Virus record (IMG/VR): IMGVR_UViG_3300032287_002972
Span: 103,991 to 167,990 of that record
DNA length: 64,000 nucleotides
Reading direction: 5' to 3' (one strand)
Source of the DNA: a virus
Of the stretch, positions 9,129 to 18,509 are shown one piece after another; positions within the stretch are counted from its first letter, which is position 1, and each line of letters opens with the position of its first letter. The notes below the pieces were generated by a model that saw nothing but the letters and a program-made list of their open reading frames with translations, was not told the DNA's origin and did no database searches. A program made the translations under genes and the position numbers.

Positions 9129-10052
9129 ATGAATAAACAAATTAGAGAAGACATTAATCGAGTGATTGAACTAAATAAAATTTTAGAATCACAATCAGAA
9201 ATGGGAGAAAGTGGATTTAGTTCTGTTGGGAGACAACTTAGGGGTCTTAATCCTAAAGTCCAAACAATTGCAATTCTTACGGGTGAAAATCCTTGTGCAG
9301 TAAAGTTAACACCACAAGAGAATACTGAACTAAATAGAAAATTAACCGACTATTTAGGGAAGGAATATTACGATTTTATTAACGGTAAACGTATAGGTTA
9401 TAGACCCGTAAAAGGTATGTATGGTTCACCAGAAAATAGTTATATTGTAAATAATATTACTAAAGATGATGCAATGAAAATTGGTAGTGATTTTGAACAA
9501 GAAAGTATTGTCTATGGTGAAAGATATGAAGAAGGTGATGAATATGGAATGAAATTCCAATTAATTGTAAGTCACCCATGTCCTACAACAGAAGATCCCG
9601 TTGGTACTGTATGGGGTGAAACAAAAGTTTTTATTAATGTAAGAAAAAATGCAGATGATTTTTACACCGAAGTTAAGGGTCGTAAATTTTCAATACCTTT
9701 CTTTGGTGCAGATAAGTACGACAAAGATTTAGATACTGATGGAAAAGAACAGAAAGACCAAGACGGAGAAATTAAATTAAAAAAAGTTGGGTATAGTGAT
9801 TATAGTAAAGCCGGTTGGGAAAAAGATAGTGGTAAAATAAAAGATATTGATTTTACTCCCGAACCTATTAATGAAACTTTTGACTATAAGGGAACTGTAT
9901 ATAAACCGAACCAAAATTATAAAAATATCCCTAATGAATTAAACGAACAAATTGATAGGGCTCTACGTGGTAGTTTAAATTCTCCAAATCCTCCAAGTAG
10001 AAAAATAAGAAGGGCGTTTGTTATGACTAAATTAAGAAAGTATAAAGATTAA
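9129..10052 (+). CDS. putative S-adenosylmethionine lyase (T3 SAMase-like) with N-terminal leader
   Basis: ILTGENP, N..L, GMYG.PE.S, FEQESIV, FYTEVKGRKF. Confidence 0.6.
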   Translation: MNKQIREDINRVIELNKILESQSEMGESGFSSVGRQLRGLNPKVQTIAILTGENPCAVKLTPQENTELNRKLTDYLGKEYYDFINGKRIGYRPVKGMYGSPENSYIVNNITKDDAMKIGSDFEQESIVYGERYEEGDEYGMKFQLIVSHPCPTTEDPVGTVWGETKVFINVRKNADDFYTEVKGRKFSIPFFGADKYDKDLDTDGKEQKDQDGEIKLKKVGYSDYSKAGWEKDSGKIKDIDFTPEPINETFDYKGTVYKPNQNYKNIPNELNEQIDRALRGSLNSPNPPSRKIRRAFVMTKLRKYKD

Positions 10053-10113
10053 AATAAAACAAAATAAAAAAAATCCCCGTATTAAAAACACGGGGATTTT
10101 TTTATGCTTAATT

Positions 10114-10160
10114 GAATTTAGTGGGGCAAGGATTGGAACGGGGGTTGCCCCACTAATTTC
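10114..10160. repeat. intergenic palindrome, copy 7
   Basis: Same arms as copy 6. Confidence 0.85.
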
Positions 10161-10269
10161 AAACTACGCAGTTACCTGTATCAAAAAAATACTTATAAAA
10201 AAAATATAAAAAATATTTGGTTATATCAAATATTTGTTTTATCTTTGTCGAAACAAAAAACGATAAACA

Positions 10270-11025
10270 ATGAATTATTTGAATCGACCCAACGCAAAGA
10301 AATTAACGGGACTAAATTATTTAGGTTCTATTAATCTAACAACGAAACACGCTAAGGCGTACGACTACAATGAACTAACCTATTCACTTTATTTGGCACC
10401 CGCTAAAATGAGTGGTTATGAGGTTTGTCCTAAAAGGAATGAGGAGTGTACCTCTTTATGTTTAAACGAATCGGGAATGAATCGTATTGACGTAAAGAAA
10501 AACAGAATCAATGAATCGAGGATTAAAAAAACAAAACTATTTTTTGAAGAAAGGGAATTTTTTGTAAATTGGTTAATCGATGAAATTTCCATTGCGAAAA
10601 GGAAATCTGAAATTGTGGGTTATAAATTTAGTGTTAGGTTAAATAACACGTCGGATATTTCACCCGAATTATTTTACACTATGATTGACGGTAAAAAGAA
10701 AAACATATTGGAAATATTTCCTGATGTTCAATTCTACGATTATACGAAAGTATATAACAGAATTAAACTAACTAAAAAATATCCTAATTACGACCTCACA
10801 TTTTCATTCAGTGGTTATAATTTTGATGAGTGTATTGAATCCTTAAATAATGACGTTCGTGTTGCCGTGGTCTTTAAAAAAGTACCTGAAAAATTTTGGG
10901 GTTATGAAGTCATTGACGGTGACAAATATGACATGAGGTACAAAGATGGAAAAAATGTTATTGTGGGTTTGAAATTTAAAACAGTTAGAAATAAAATTAA
11001 AGAAAATTATAAATTCGTTGTTTAA
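10270..11025 (+). CDS. GP88-like phage protein
   Basis: LYLAP, CP...C...CL, RLNNTSDI, FYDYTK, DGD..D.R, GLK. Confidence 0.75.
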   Translation: MNYLNRPNAKKLTGLNYLGSINLTTKHAKAYDYNELTYSLYLAPAKMSGYEVCPKRNEECTSLCLNESGMNRIDVKKNRINESRIKKTKLFFEEREFFVNWLIDEISIAKRKSEIVGYKFSVRLNNTSDISPELFYTMIDGKKKNILEIFPDVQFYDYTKVYNRIKLTKKYPNYDLTFSFSGYNFDECIESLNNDVRVAVVFKKVPEKFWGYEVIDGDKYDMRYKDGKNVIVGLKFKTVRNKIKENYKFVV

Positions 11026-11186
11026 TCTTTTTGTTTTATTCCGTACCATTTATTTGGTACGGATTTTTTATAATCTAATTTAGATTTAATTTGGTAAGGA
11101 CTGTCATACAACACAAAAAAAATATAAAATATATTTGGTTATATGGATTATTCTTTTTATCTTTGTCTTAATAAAAAAACATAAAC

Positions 11187-11468
11187 ATGAATGAAGTAAC
11201 GAGAGCAAAAGAAGTTTTAAAAAACGCAGGTTATTTTGTGGATAACCTTTGGTGTAATGATGACATTGAATCTTTTTTTACTAATGTATCTAAAGAAGAC
11301 TGTCAAAAAGTATTAAACAGAGCGTTAACCAATGATGCAACAATGGAACAAATTTGGTACGCAATCGAATCTGTTGGTGAAGACATGGGGTTAAAACGTA
11401 CTGACTATGAGGAGGACGACAACACTTGTTCGTACTGTGGAAGAAAGGATTGTGTGAAACATGATTAA
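11187..11468 (+). CDS. hypothetical phage protein
   Basis: ORF with C-terminal CSYC...C..H. Confidence 0.7.
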   Translation: MNEVTRAKEVLKNAGYFVDNLWCNDDIESFFTNVSKEDCQKVLNRALTNDATMEQIWYAIESVGEDMGLKRTDYEEDDNTCSYCGRKDCVKHD

Positions 11469-11613
11469 TTTATTTGGGTAGGATAATTTTCCTACCCTTT
11501 TTTATTGTTCGATTTGAATTTATGTATTACCTACATTACAAAAAATAATTATAAAAAATGTTTGGTTATATGGAAAAGTATGTTTATCTTTGTCTAAACA
11601 AAAAACAATTACT

Positions 11614-11982
11614 ATGAAAAATGAATTTATCCCGTTTCAACAAGCGTTGGAACTAAAAGAATTAGGATTTGATGAACCCTGTTTAGGTAAATTTTACTAT
11701 AATCATTTAGAAATTGGAGGAAATTGGCGTAATGATGATTTTAAAGAAGACCCTGATATTTTTATTTCGGCGCCACTATACCAACAAACATTTAGGTGGT
11801 TTAGGGAAAAACATAGTTTATTTCATTCAATAGACCCACTTGGATATAATATGTGTTTAGGACTTGTAGGTCAATTAGGGAAATTAAAATCTTGTAATGT
11901 ACCTAATTATGGTACTTATGAAGAGGCGGAACTTGAATGTACTAAAGAATTAATCTCAATAGTGAAAACAAAAAAGAACTAA
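11614..11982 (+). CDS. conserved phage protein, EFxxxxxALELKxLxFDEPC family, paralogue 1
   Basis: Paralogous to 11984 and 13580. Confidence 0.8.
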   Translation: MKNEFIPFQQALELKELGFDEPCLGKFYYNHLEIGGNWRNDDFKEDPDIFISAPLYQQTFRWFREKHSLFHSIDPLGYNMCLGLVGQLGKLKSCNVPNYGTYEEAELECTKELISIVKTKKN

Positions 11983-11983
11983 A

Positions 11984-12391
11984 ATGGAAAATGAATTTAT
12001 CCCGTTTCAACAAGCGTTGGAACTAAAAGAATTAGGATTTGATGAACCCTGTTTTGGTAAAATCTATGCTGATGGTGGAAGTGAACAATTATCGTACCCT
12101 TATAAAAATAGTGACCAAATAGGGAAAGTAACAAGTTGTTCCGCACCACTATACCAACAAGTATTTAGATGGTTTCGGGAGAAGTACAATTTGAGAGGAT
12201 TTATAGGGTTTAGACCAAATATAAAACAATTTGATTATCATATCTATGATATGTCTTTGTCAGGTAAGGAATATGTTAAACAAAGAACTTATGAAGAGTT
12301 TCAGAAAGACCCTAAATTCGGAACTTACGAAGAAGCAGAACTCGAATGTACTAAAGAATTAATCTCAATAGTGAAAAATAAATATAAATAA
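11984..12391 (+). CDS. same family, paralogue 2
   Basis: Ends near-identical to paralogue 1. Confidence 0.8.
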   Translation: MENEFIPFQQALELKELGFDEPCFGKIYADGGSEQLSYPYKNSDQIGKVTSCSAPLYQQVFRWFREKYNLRGFIGFRPNIKQFDYHIYDMSLSGKEYVKQRTYEEFQKDPKFGTYEEAELECTKELISIVKNKYK

Positions 12392-12446
12392 TATTTGGTT
12401 ATATGGAAAAGTATGTTTATCTTTGTCTAAACAAAAAATAATAACA

Positions 12447-12857
12447 ATGAGAAGAATTAAAGTTAGATTTTCCTTACAACGTGGGGAGAATTACATGAAG
12501 TGGAAAGTAGTTGATAGTGACGGAACTGTTACTTATTATTCACCATGTGATACACAACTAATCATGCGGGGGTGTACTTTGAAAAACAATACAAAACTAT
12601 CTGAAAAGATTTTCAATGGTACGTCAACTAAGAACATATGTGGTTGGATTTTATGTGAAAGTATTGAGATTAACCATTCCGATTTTATTAAAGAATCGGA
12701 TTTTAAAATCAAATACAACCCTAAAATTGCACCGTACTGGATGTTCTTAGGTGAGAATGTTGACAATAGAGAAATTTCATATATTGTTTCTGTTGACTAC
12801 AAACTATGTATTGACTTAATTCCCGACGCGATGAAATTAGGGGGCTACAAAGGTTAA
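12447..12857 (+). CDS. hypothetical phage protein
   Basis: ORF after promoter. Confidence 0.7.
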   Translation: MRRIKVRFSLQRGENYMKWKVVDSDGTVTYYSPCDTQLIMRGCTLKNNTKLSEKIFNGTSTKNICGWILCESIEINHSDFIKESDFKIKYNPKIAPYWMFLGENVDNREISYIVSVDYKLCIDLIPDAMKLGGYKG

Positions 12858-12973
12858 TATCGGTATCACAAACTTTTATTCAATTATGTAAAAAATAGTT
12901 GAATAAAAGTTTGGAAAATAAAAACATTAACTTTATATTTGTATATTATTTATAACCAAAAAAAATTAGAACA

Positions 12974-13519
12974 ATGGGATTAGACATGTATTTGTACAAA
13001 AAATCGTATGTACAAAATTGGGATCATCATGAACCAAAAGAAAAACATACAATTACTGTTAAACTTGGTGAAAATATCCGAGAGGATATTAAACCAGAAC
13101 GTATTACCTACATAGTTGAAGAAGTTGGGTATTGGAGAAAGTTCAATGCGTTACACTATTGGTTTGTTGAAAATTGTCAAGATGGGGTCGATGATGGAAG
13201 AGAACATTATGTTACAATGAATCAAATGAAAGAATTATTGGACACTCTTAATGAGGTTAAGAACTTATTAGATAAATCTAAATTAGTTTCTAAAGTTTCA
13301 AAAGATTGGCAAGGTAATGAAATTACTGTTGAATGTTTCGAGTGTGAAAACGAAGTTATGGATATTCTACCCCCAATGGAAGGGTTTTTCTTTGGTGGAA
13401 CTGATATAGACCAATACTACAAAAACCAAATTGAAAGAAGTATCGATATTATTCAAGAGTTGATTAATGAAACAGATAACGGAAAAAGTTCTGAATTTCA
13501 TTATCACGCATCATGGTAA
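12974..13519 (+). CDS. conserved phage protein (MGLDMYL / YWRK family)
   Basis: MGLDMYL...YWRKFNALHYWF...GFFFG...YHASW. Confidence 0.8.
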   Translation: MGLDMYLYKKSYVQNWDHHEPKEKHTITVKLGENIREDIKPERITYIVEEVGYWRKFNALHYWFVENCQDGVDDGREHYVTMNQMKELLDTLNEVKNLLDKSKLVSKVSKDWQGNEITVECFECENEVMDILPPMEGFFFGGTDIDQYYKNQIERSIDIIQELINETDNGKSSEFHYHASW

Positions 13520-13579
13520 AATGATTTATGGTACGGTCTTCATTGACCGTACCTTTCTTTAAAAACAAAATAGATTAAT

Positions 13580-13921
13580 ATGGAAAAGGAATTTGTAAGT
13601 TATGAAATAGCGTTAGAACTTAAACAGTTGGATTTTGACGAACCATGTTTAGCGTCTTGGAATTTTCGAACAAAAGATTTTTATTACAACGGTCAACCGT
13701 CAAAATTTAGTAGTGAAGACGTAATACAATTACCATTGTACCAACAAGTGTTTACATGGTTTAGAGAAAAGTACGGTATTTATGGGTCTCCAGAAAAATT
13801 TGACGAAAAAACATGGTGGATCGAATGGGGGGGTTGGAATAGTTCTATTTGTGAAACTTATAAAGAAGCTGAAAACGAATGGTTATTGAAATTGATTGAA
13901 GCCGTAAAAGAATCTATTTGA
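13580..13921 (+). CDS. same family as 11614, paralogue 3
   Basis: ALELKQLDFDEPC, PLYQQVF.WFREK. Confidence 0.8.
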   Translation: MEKEFVSYEIALELKQLDFDEPCLASWNFRTKDFYYNGQPSKFSSEDVIQLPLYQQVFTWFREKYGIYGSPEKFDEKTWWIEWGGWNSSICETYKEAENEWLLKLIEAVKESI

Positions 13922-14044
13922 GATTAAAGAGTGTAGTACAAACTTTCATTCACATAAAAAATAATTGAACAAAAGTTTGGAAATTAAAAATATTAACTTT
14001 ATATTTGTATATTATTTATAACCAAAAAAACAAAACAGGTTAAA

Positions 14045-14353
14045 ATGAAAAAGACAACATTATCTGCTGGTGGGACATCTTATCATGGTGTAAACATTAC
14101 AACAACAGTTCAACAATTAATTGATATTCTTGGTGAACCAACTCATGTTGAAAACACGGGAGAAGACAAAACTAATTTTGATTGGAACTGTATTACAAAT
14201 AATGGTGACGTTGTTACCATTTATGACTGGAAAGAATATAGACCGATTAGTGAAGATGAAGTAATTGAATTTCATATTGGTGGATATACTTTAAGTCCCA
14301 CATTAGATGCACAAAAAGAATTATTAGAAATGATCTCAAATAGATTAAAATGA
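14045..14353 (+). CDS. conserved phage protein
   Basis: DKT..W, TIYDWK, FHIGG. Confidence 0.75.
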   Translation: MKKTTLSAGGTSYHGVNITTTVQQLIDILGEPTHVENTGEDKTNFDWNCITNNGDVVTIYDWKEYRPISEDEVIEFHIGGYTLSPTLDAQKELLEMISNRLK

Positions 14354-14661
14354 TAAATGAACTTAATGACAAAATTACAGAAGAATTTGGTTTAGATTTC
14401 GATCAATTGTTAGATACTAACAATATGATTGAAGACTCTTACAAAAAACATAGAAGAGATTCAACTTTTTGGAAACAAACTATCATTGGAATTAATGTGA
14501 ATAATTATCCACATATTAATAAAGAACTATATGGTTTTTGGGAAACTAATATATATGTTTGGAGTGATGAATATGGTTTCGACAAAAGAGATATTATTAC
14601 TTTAAACAGGGTAGAACCAAAAGAAAGAACTATTATTCAAAAATATTGGGAAGAGGTGTAA
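14350..14661 (+). CDS. hypothetical phage protein
   Basis: ATGA-type overlap with the previous gene. Confidence 0.7.
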   Translation: MINELNDKITEEFGLDFDQLLDTNNMIEDSYKKHRRDSTFWKQTIIGINVNNYPHINKELYGFWETNIYVWSDEYGFDKRDIITLNRVEPKERTIIQKYWEEV

Positions 14662-14668
14662 AAAGATT

Positions 14669-14745
14669 AGTCAGGTGGCTGAATTGGAGACAGAGGCACT
14701 CCGTTAGATGACGGGTGGATACAGGTTCGAATCCTGTCCTGACTA
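14669..14745 (+). ncRNA. tRNA-like RNA with a non-canonical 6-nt loop
   Basis: AGTCAGG/CCTGACT-A, T arm ACAGGTTCGAATCCTGT; central hairpin CCGT-TAGATG-ACGG. Confidence 0.7.
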
Positions 14746-14769
14746 CAAAAACAAACAAAATAAATTAAT

Positions 14770-15111
14770 ATGAGTGGAGGATTTTTTAACTACGACCAAT
14801 CTCGGATACGGAATATAATTGATTCCATTGAAGATTTGATTGAAAATAATGGTAGACCTAAAACAGAACAAGAACTAAAAGATGGTTCTTGGGGTTATGC
14901 TAATTACAAGGAGTATTACGAAATATATCCTGGAGAAAGGTTTTGGCATAGGTATCCTGATGAAGTCATTGAAGAGTTTAAAAAAGGATTAACTTATTTA
15001 AAAATTAGTTATGTCTATGCTAAACGGATCGATTGGTTAGTGTCAGGTGACGATGGTAATGAATCTTTTCTAAAAAGATTAGAAAAAGAATTAAGTGACC
15101 TTGAAAAATAG
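14770..15111 (+). CDS. conserved phage protein (MSGG.F.Y...RIDWL.SGDDG)
   Basis: Motifs as named. Confidence 0.75.
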   Translation: MSGGFFNYDQSRIRNIIDSIEDLIENNGRPKTEQELKDGSWGYANYKEYYEIYPGERFWHRYPDEVIEEFKKGLTYLKISYVYAKRIDWLVSGDDGNESFLKRLEKELSDLEK

Positions 15112-15300
15112 ATTAATATGAATGAAACAAAAATGGTTGAACAACCTGTTGTAACTATCGACAACTTTTATCATGGTGAAAATGTACTTGTAGTACACTC
15201 ACACATTAACTCAAAAGGAAAGATGATATTGAACAAAGTCGAGGCGTCTTTGTTATTATTGGAACTTTACAAGTTTATTAAATCTTAAAAAACAAATAAG

Positions 15301-15522
15301 ATGGAATTTACATTAGAAGAAAAAATGAAGGCAATCTTCAACTCAGGAAATGTTGTTAAGGTTGAAAAAGTAATAAGAACAAAAAGTGGGGGTACGTATT
15401 ACAAATATGTTTGGGACGTTGATGGAACAAAATCAAGAAATTGGTTTGGGTTCGACACTCTCGATGAGTGCGTTGAGGATTGTTTAACATATTTAACTAT
15501 AATTAACTATAAATTAAAATGA
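15301..15522 (+). CDS. hypothetical phage protein
   Basis: ORF. Confidence 0.6.
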   Translation: MEFTLEEKMKAIFNSGNVVKVEKVIRTKSGGTYYKYVWDVDGTKSRNWFGFDTLDECVEDCLTYLTIINYKLK

Positions 15523-15722
15523 ACGAACAATTAATTACCGAATTAATTAAAATCAAATCTGATGCTGGTGTACAATTAACCGATAGGGAACTGGCCATTA
15601 GATGGTGGGGTAGATTATCCACAACTGAACAAGAAGAAGTTCTCAGTAATTCTAATATGGTAATACGTCCAATTGATGATTATGATATAATGTATTGGTT
15701 ATGGTTAAACCAACAAAAATGA
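15519..15722 (+). CDS. hypothetical phage protein
   Basis: ORF. Confidence 0.6.
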   Translation: MNEQLITELIKIKSDAGVQLTDRELAIRWWGRLSTTEQEEVLSNSNMVIRPIDDYDIMYWLWLNQQK

Positions 15723-15897
15723 AAGAAAGAAATTTTATTAACTAAAATAAAAACTTTAAAATTATGATAGTAAAAATTATTTATTTATTGTTTACAATTT
15801 TCATTATATTTGCATTAGGATTTGAAGTTGGTAGAAGTGTTGGTATTCATCAAGTTAAGAAAATAATAGATAAGTGGAGTTAATCGTAAGGTGAAAA

Positions 15898-15918
15898 TCG
15901 AATCCTGTCCTGACTACA
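15898..15918 (+). repeat. isolated 3' end of a tRNA-like element
   Basis: TCGAATCCTGTCCTGACTACA, identical to the 3' ends at 14745 and 16201. Confidence 0.8.
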
Positions 15919-16072
15919 AATAAATAAATAAATAAATGAAAAATTTAAAATCAAAAGAATCTAAGGTTGGAACTTTGTCAACTTGTAAATGTAATTATAT
16001 TTTGACAACGGAACAAGGACATAGAGTGATTAAATGTTTAAAATGTGGTGATGTAAAACCTATTTAATAAAT

Positions 16073-16201
16073 AGTCAGGTGGCGGAATTGGTAGACGCAA
16101 GAAGGAGTAACTTTAGAGTGAGAAGTAATCAGCCTCATTGATGGGTGAAAGTTCCAAGTGCCGGTGATTTGGAGATACAGGTTCGAATCCTGTCCTGACT
16201 A
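16073..16201 (+). ncRNA. tRNA-like RNA with an expanded central region
   Basis: AGTCAGG TGGCGGAATTGGTAGACGC ... ACAGGTTCGAATCCTGT CCTGACT A. Confidence 0.75.
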
Positions 16202-16519
16202 CAAAAACAAAATAGATTAATATGATAAGTGAAATAATACTACTCATTCAGATGTTCATATTAGGTTTTCTACTTGGTATATTGAGTGTCATTAAAAAGA
16301 ATTCAGAAAAAGATTGAATCTTTATGAAAAACAAACGTGTAACTATCGACAAGATAATAGATAACGATGTAAAAAGAAAGATGGTTAAAGAAATAAGGGA
16401 CAGGGGTATCACAAATCATATGTATATTCACAGTCGATTATATTTACCGATCTTAAATCGTCTTAGACAAATGGTCGACTTCAACAGTCTCTTAAAATTT
16501 TAAAACAAATTAGTGCGGC

Positions 16520-16978
16520 ATGAAAAAAATTACAAATGGTGTTTTTACACCAATTATTGAAACCTCAAGTAGAAAGAGTTCTTTTGAATGTTTTATTACT
16601 AACATTGGAAATGAAAATGGTCCTTTGTTGAACTCATTGTTAGAACAATATAAAGAACATATTTATGAACATGAAGAATTGTTCAATCAACTAGCTTACC
16701 TCGAAGAACTTATTATCCAAATTAAAATTCGGGAGAACATGGATGAGATTAAATTATTTATTGTTCGTGATTATATCTACGCAAGAACAACATTCTTTAC
16801 TAAGGAAAAAGAAAGATCCGAAATTAGAACAATCGTAGATAGATTGGATAAGTATCCATATAAAACAATCGAAGATTTAAATAAGGACACTTTCTTTATG
16901 TCTATGGTTTCCAAGAAACTCAAAGCAATGATGGATATCGAAATAGAAAAAAATGTAAAAGTCGTTTCTGAAGTATGA
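16520..16978 (+). CDS. hypothetical protein
   Basis: ORF. Confidence 0.7.
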   Translation: MKKITNGVFTPIIETSSRKSSFECFITNIGNENGPLLNSLLEQYKEHIYEHEELFNQLAYLEELIIQIKIRENMDEIKLFIVRDYIYARTTFFTKEKERSEIRTIVDRLDKYPYKTIEDLNKDTFFMSMVSKKLKAMMDIEIEKNVKVVSEV

Positions 16979-17415
16979 AAAAAAATAATTTTATTAAAAC
17001 AATCAAACCATCACAGTTAACAAACATAGTATGGTTTGTATTACCTTTCGTATCTTTAATTTTCCCTCCACTGGTAGTCCCCGCACTGATATTTGCTTGG
17101 TACAAATTTTTCGACGTGGATACTTGGTCATATAATTTCTATGAGAGAACCATAGAAGAACGTAGAGGTGTGTTCAATGTATCACAAGAAGAAGTTCAGT
17201 ACTATAGGATTAAATCCATAATGGTAGAAGAACCATTGTGGATGAGATTGTTCGGTCTGTGTGTGATTCACATAATAACCTCAGAACAGTTTAAACCACG
17301 TATGACAATCTATGCTGTGTATGACGGAGAATATATTAGAGAAATGATCTCCGGTCTAACCTATGACTGGAGATTGAAAATGAACATTAGAGATCACGAT
17401 ATTTATAATATATAA
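16975..17415 (+). CDS. membrane protein with bacterial PH (bPH_2/YdbS-like) domain
   Basis: Two N-terminal TM segments, then Y...ERRGVF....EV.YYRIKSI...PLW.RLFGL. Confidence 0.75.
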   Translation: MKKNNFIKTIKPSQLTNIVWFVLPFVSLIFPPLVVPALIFAWYKFFDVDTWSYNFYERTIEERRGVFNVSQEEVQYYRIKSIMVEEPLWMRLFGLCVIHIITSEQFKPRMTIYAVYDGEYIREMISGLTYDWRLKMNIRDHDIYNI

Positions 17416-17423
17416 TATATTAC

Positions 17424-18005
17424 ATGAGTAAAGACATTAGAAAAATAATCGATAAGGTCAGGAACTTTACAATTAATGAAAGTGAAAAAACACTTGAGGA
17501 TTTTTATGTGGAAAATAATATTGACCCCGAAGAATTATCCTACTTAGGTAAGGGTGACTTCGGGGTCGCCTATTCCACAAATGATGGTCGTGTCCTGAAA
17601 CGGACAACCAGTAAAAGTGAATTTAGTGCGGCAAAGGAAATGGAACAATCCGATTCCCCCGTTTTAAATTCATTTGTAAAAATATATAAAACAGAAATCA
17701 TTAAAGGTGAAATGTATATTCTTCAGGAAGAACTCATAGAAGATTCCCACATAGAAAATCTTTACTATGAACTAAAATCTTATTTAGATGACCAAGGTTT
17801 ACCCATACAATATCTTCACTATCTAGATACCGATGATCTAGAAATCTCAGATGAACTACAAAAATTTATGGATGATATCGATGATATAAATAGAGCATAC
17901 CGATACCTAGGAATAGAAGCGTCAGATATTAGACCCGAAAATTTAGGTTACTCCGAAGATGGGAAACTTAAAGCGTTCGATATAGATAACAATCAAAGAA
18001 ACTAA
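17424..18005 (+). CDS. Ser/Thr protein kinase-like protein
   Basis: LGKGDFGVAY, VLK, DIRPEN, AFD. Confidence 0.8.
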   Translation: MSKDIRKIIDKVRNFTINESEKTLEDFYVENNIDPEELSYLGKGDFGVAYSTNDGRVLKRTTSKSEFSAAKEMEQSDSPVLNSFVKIYKTEIIKGEMYILQEELIEDSHIENLYYELKSYLDDQGLPIQYLHYLDTDDLEISDELQKFMDDIDDINRAYRYLGIEASDIRPENLGYSEDGKLKAFDIDNNQRN

Positions 18006-18154
18006 TCTATTTTAAATCGGAGATTTATTTATTTACCCCCCTTAGATAGACTTTTCATATTAATCTATTCTATTGTCCCACTCGGTCCATGTATCACAAC
18101 CATACATGTATGACAGGTTATATTATATATATAACATATATATAATTATATCTA

Positions 18155-18176
18155 TAATGTTCCACGTGGAACATTA
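18155..18176. promoter_or_regulatory. parS-type palindrome TGTTCCACGTGGAACA at the strand-convergence region
   Basis: Perfect 22-bp palindrome whose 16-bp core matches the parS consensus. Confidence 0.7.
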
Positions 18177-18509
18177 ATTTAATATAACAGTTTAAAAATT
18201 ATAGAGTTATATCGATGAGTGGGACATGGGACAATCTCCAGTGTACTGGACCCAGTGTAATAGTAGTGTTATTATTTCCTGATCCATGTATTCCCAGACG
18301 GAAAAACGAACCATATATACGAATATAAAATCACAATTTGTAATACGACAATACTTCCTATTTTTTAACCCAAAAAAACCACATTATATACTGTTTTTAC
18401 CCCTACGTATGACACAATATTTTTGGTTTAAAAAACCATTAGGGGTGTCTCTTTTCTTCCGAGTAGAGAACCCCAACATAATGTTTTTATGTATGACAGT
18501 AAGGTGATA

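Noticed and set aside
8027-16201. Ordinary tRNA-Leu/Ser genes or tmRNA
   Set aside because: No canonical anticodon stem-loop could be formed. There is no G3.U70 pair and no tag ORF.
18286-18507. 73-aa ORF in the convergence region
   Set aside because: Atypical composition and no initiation context; probably non-coding.
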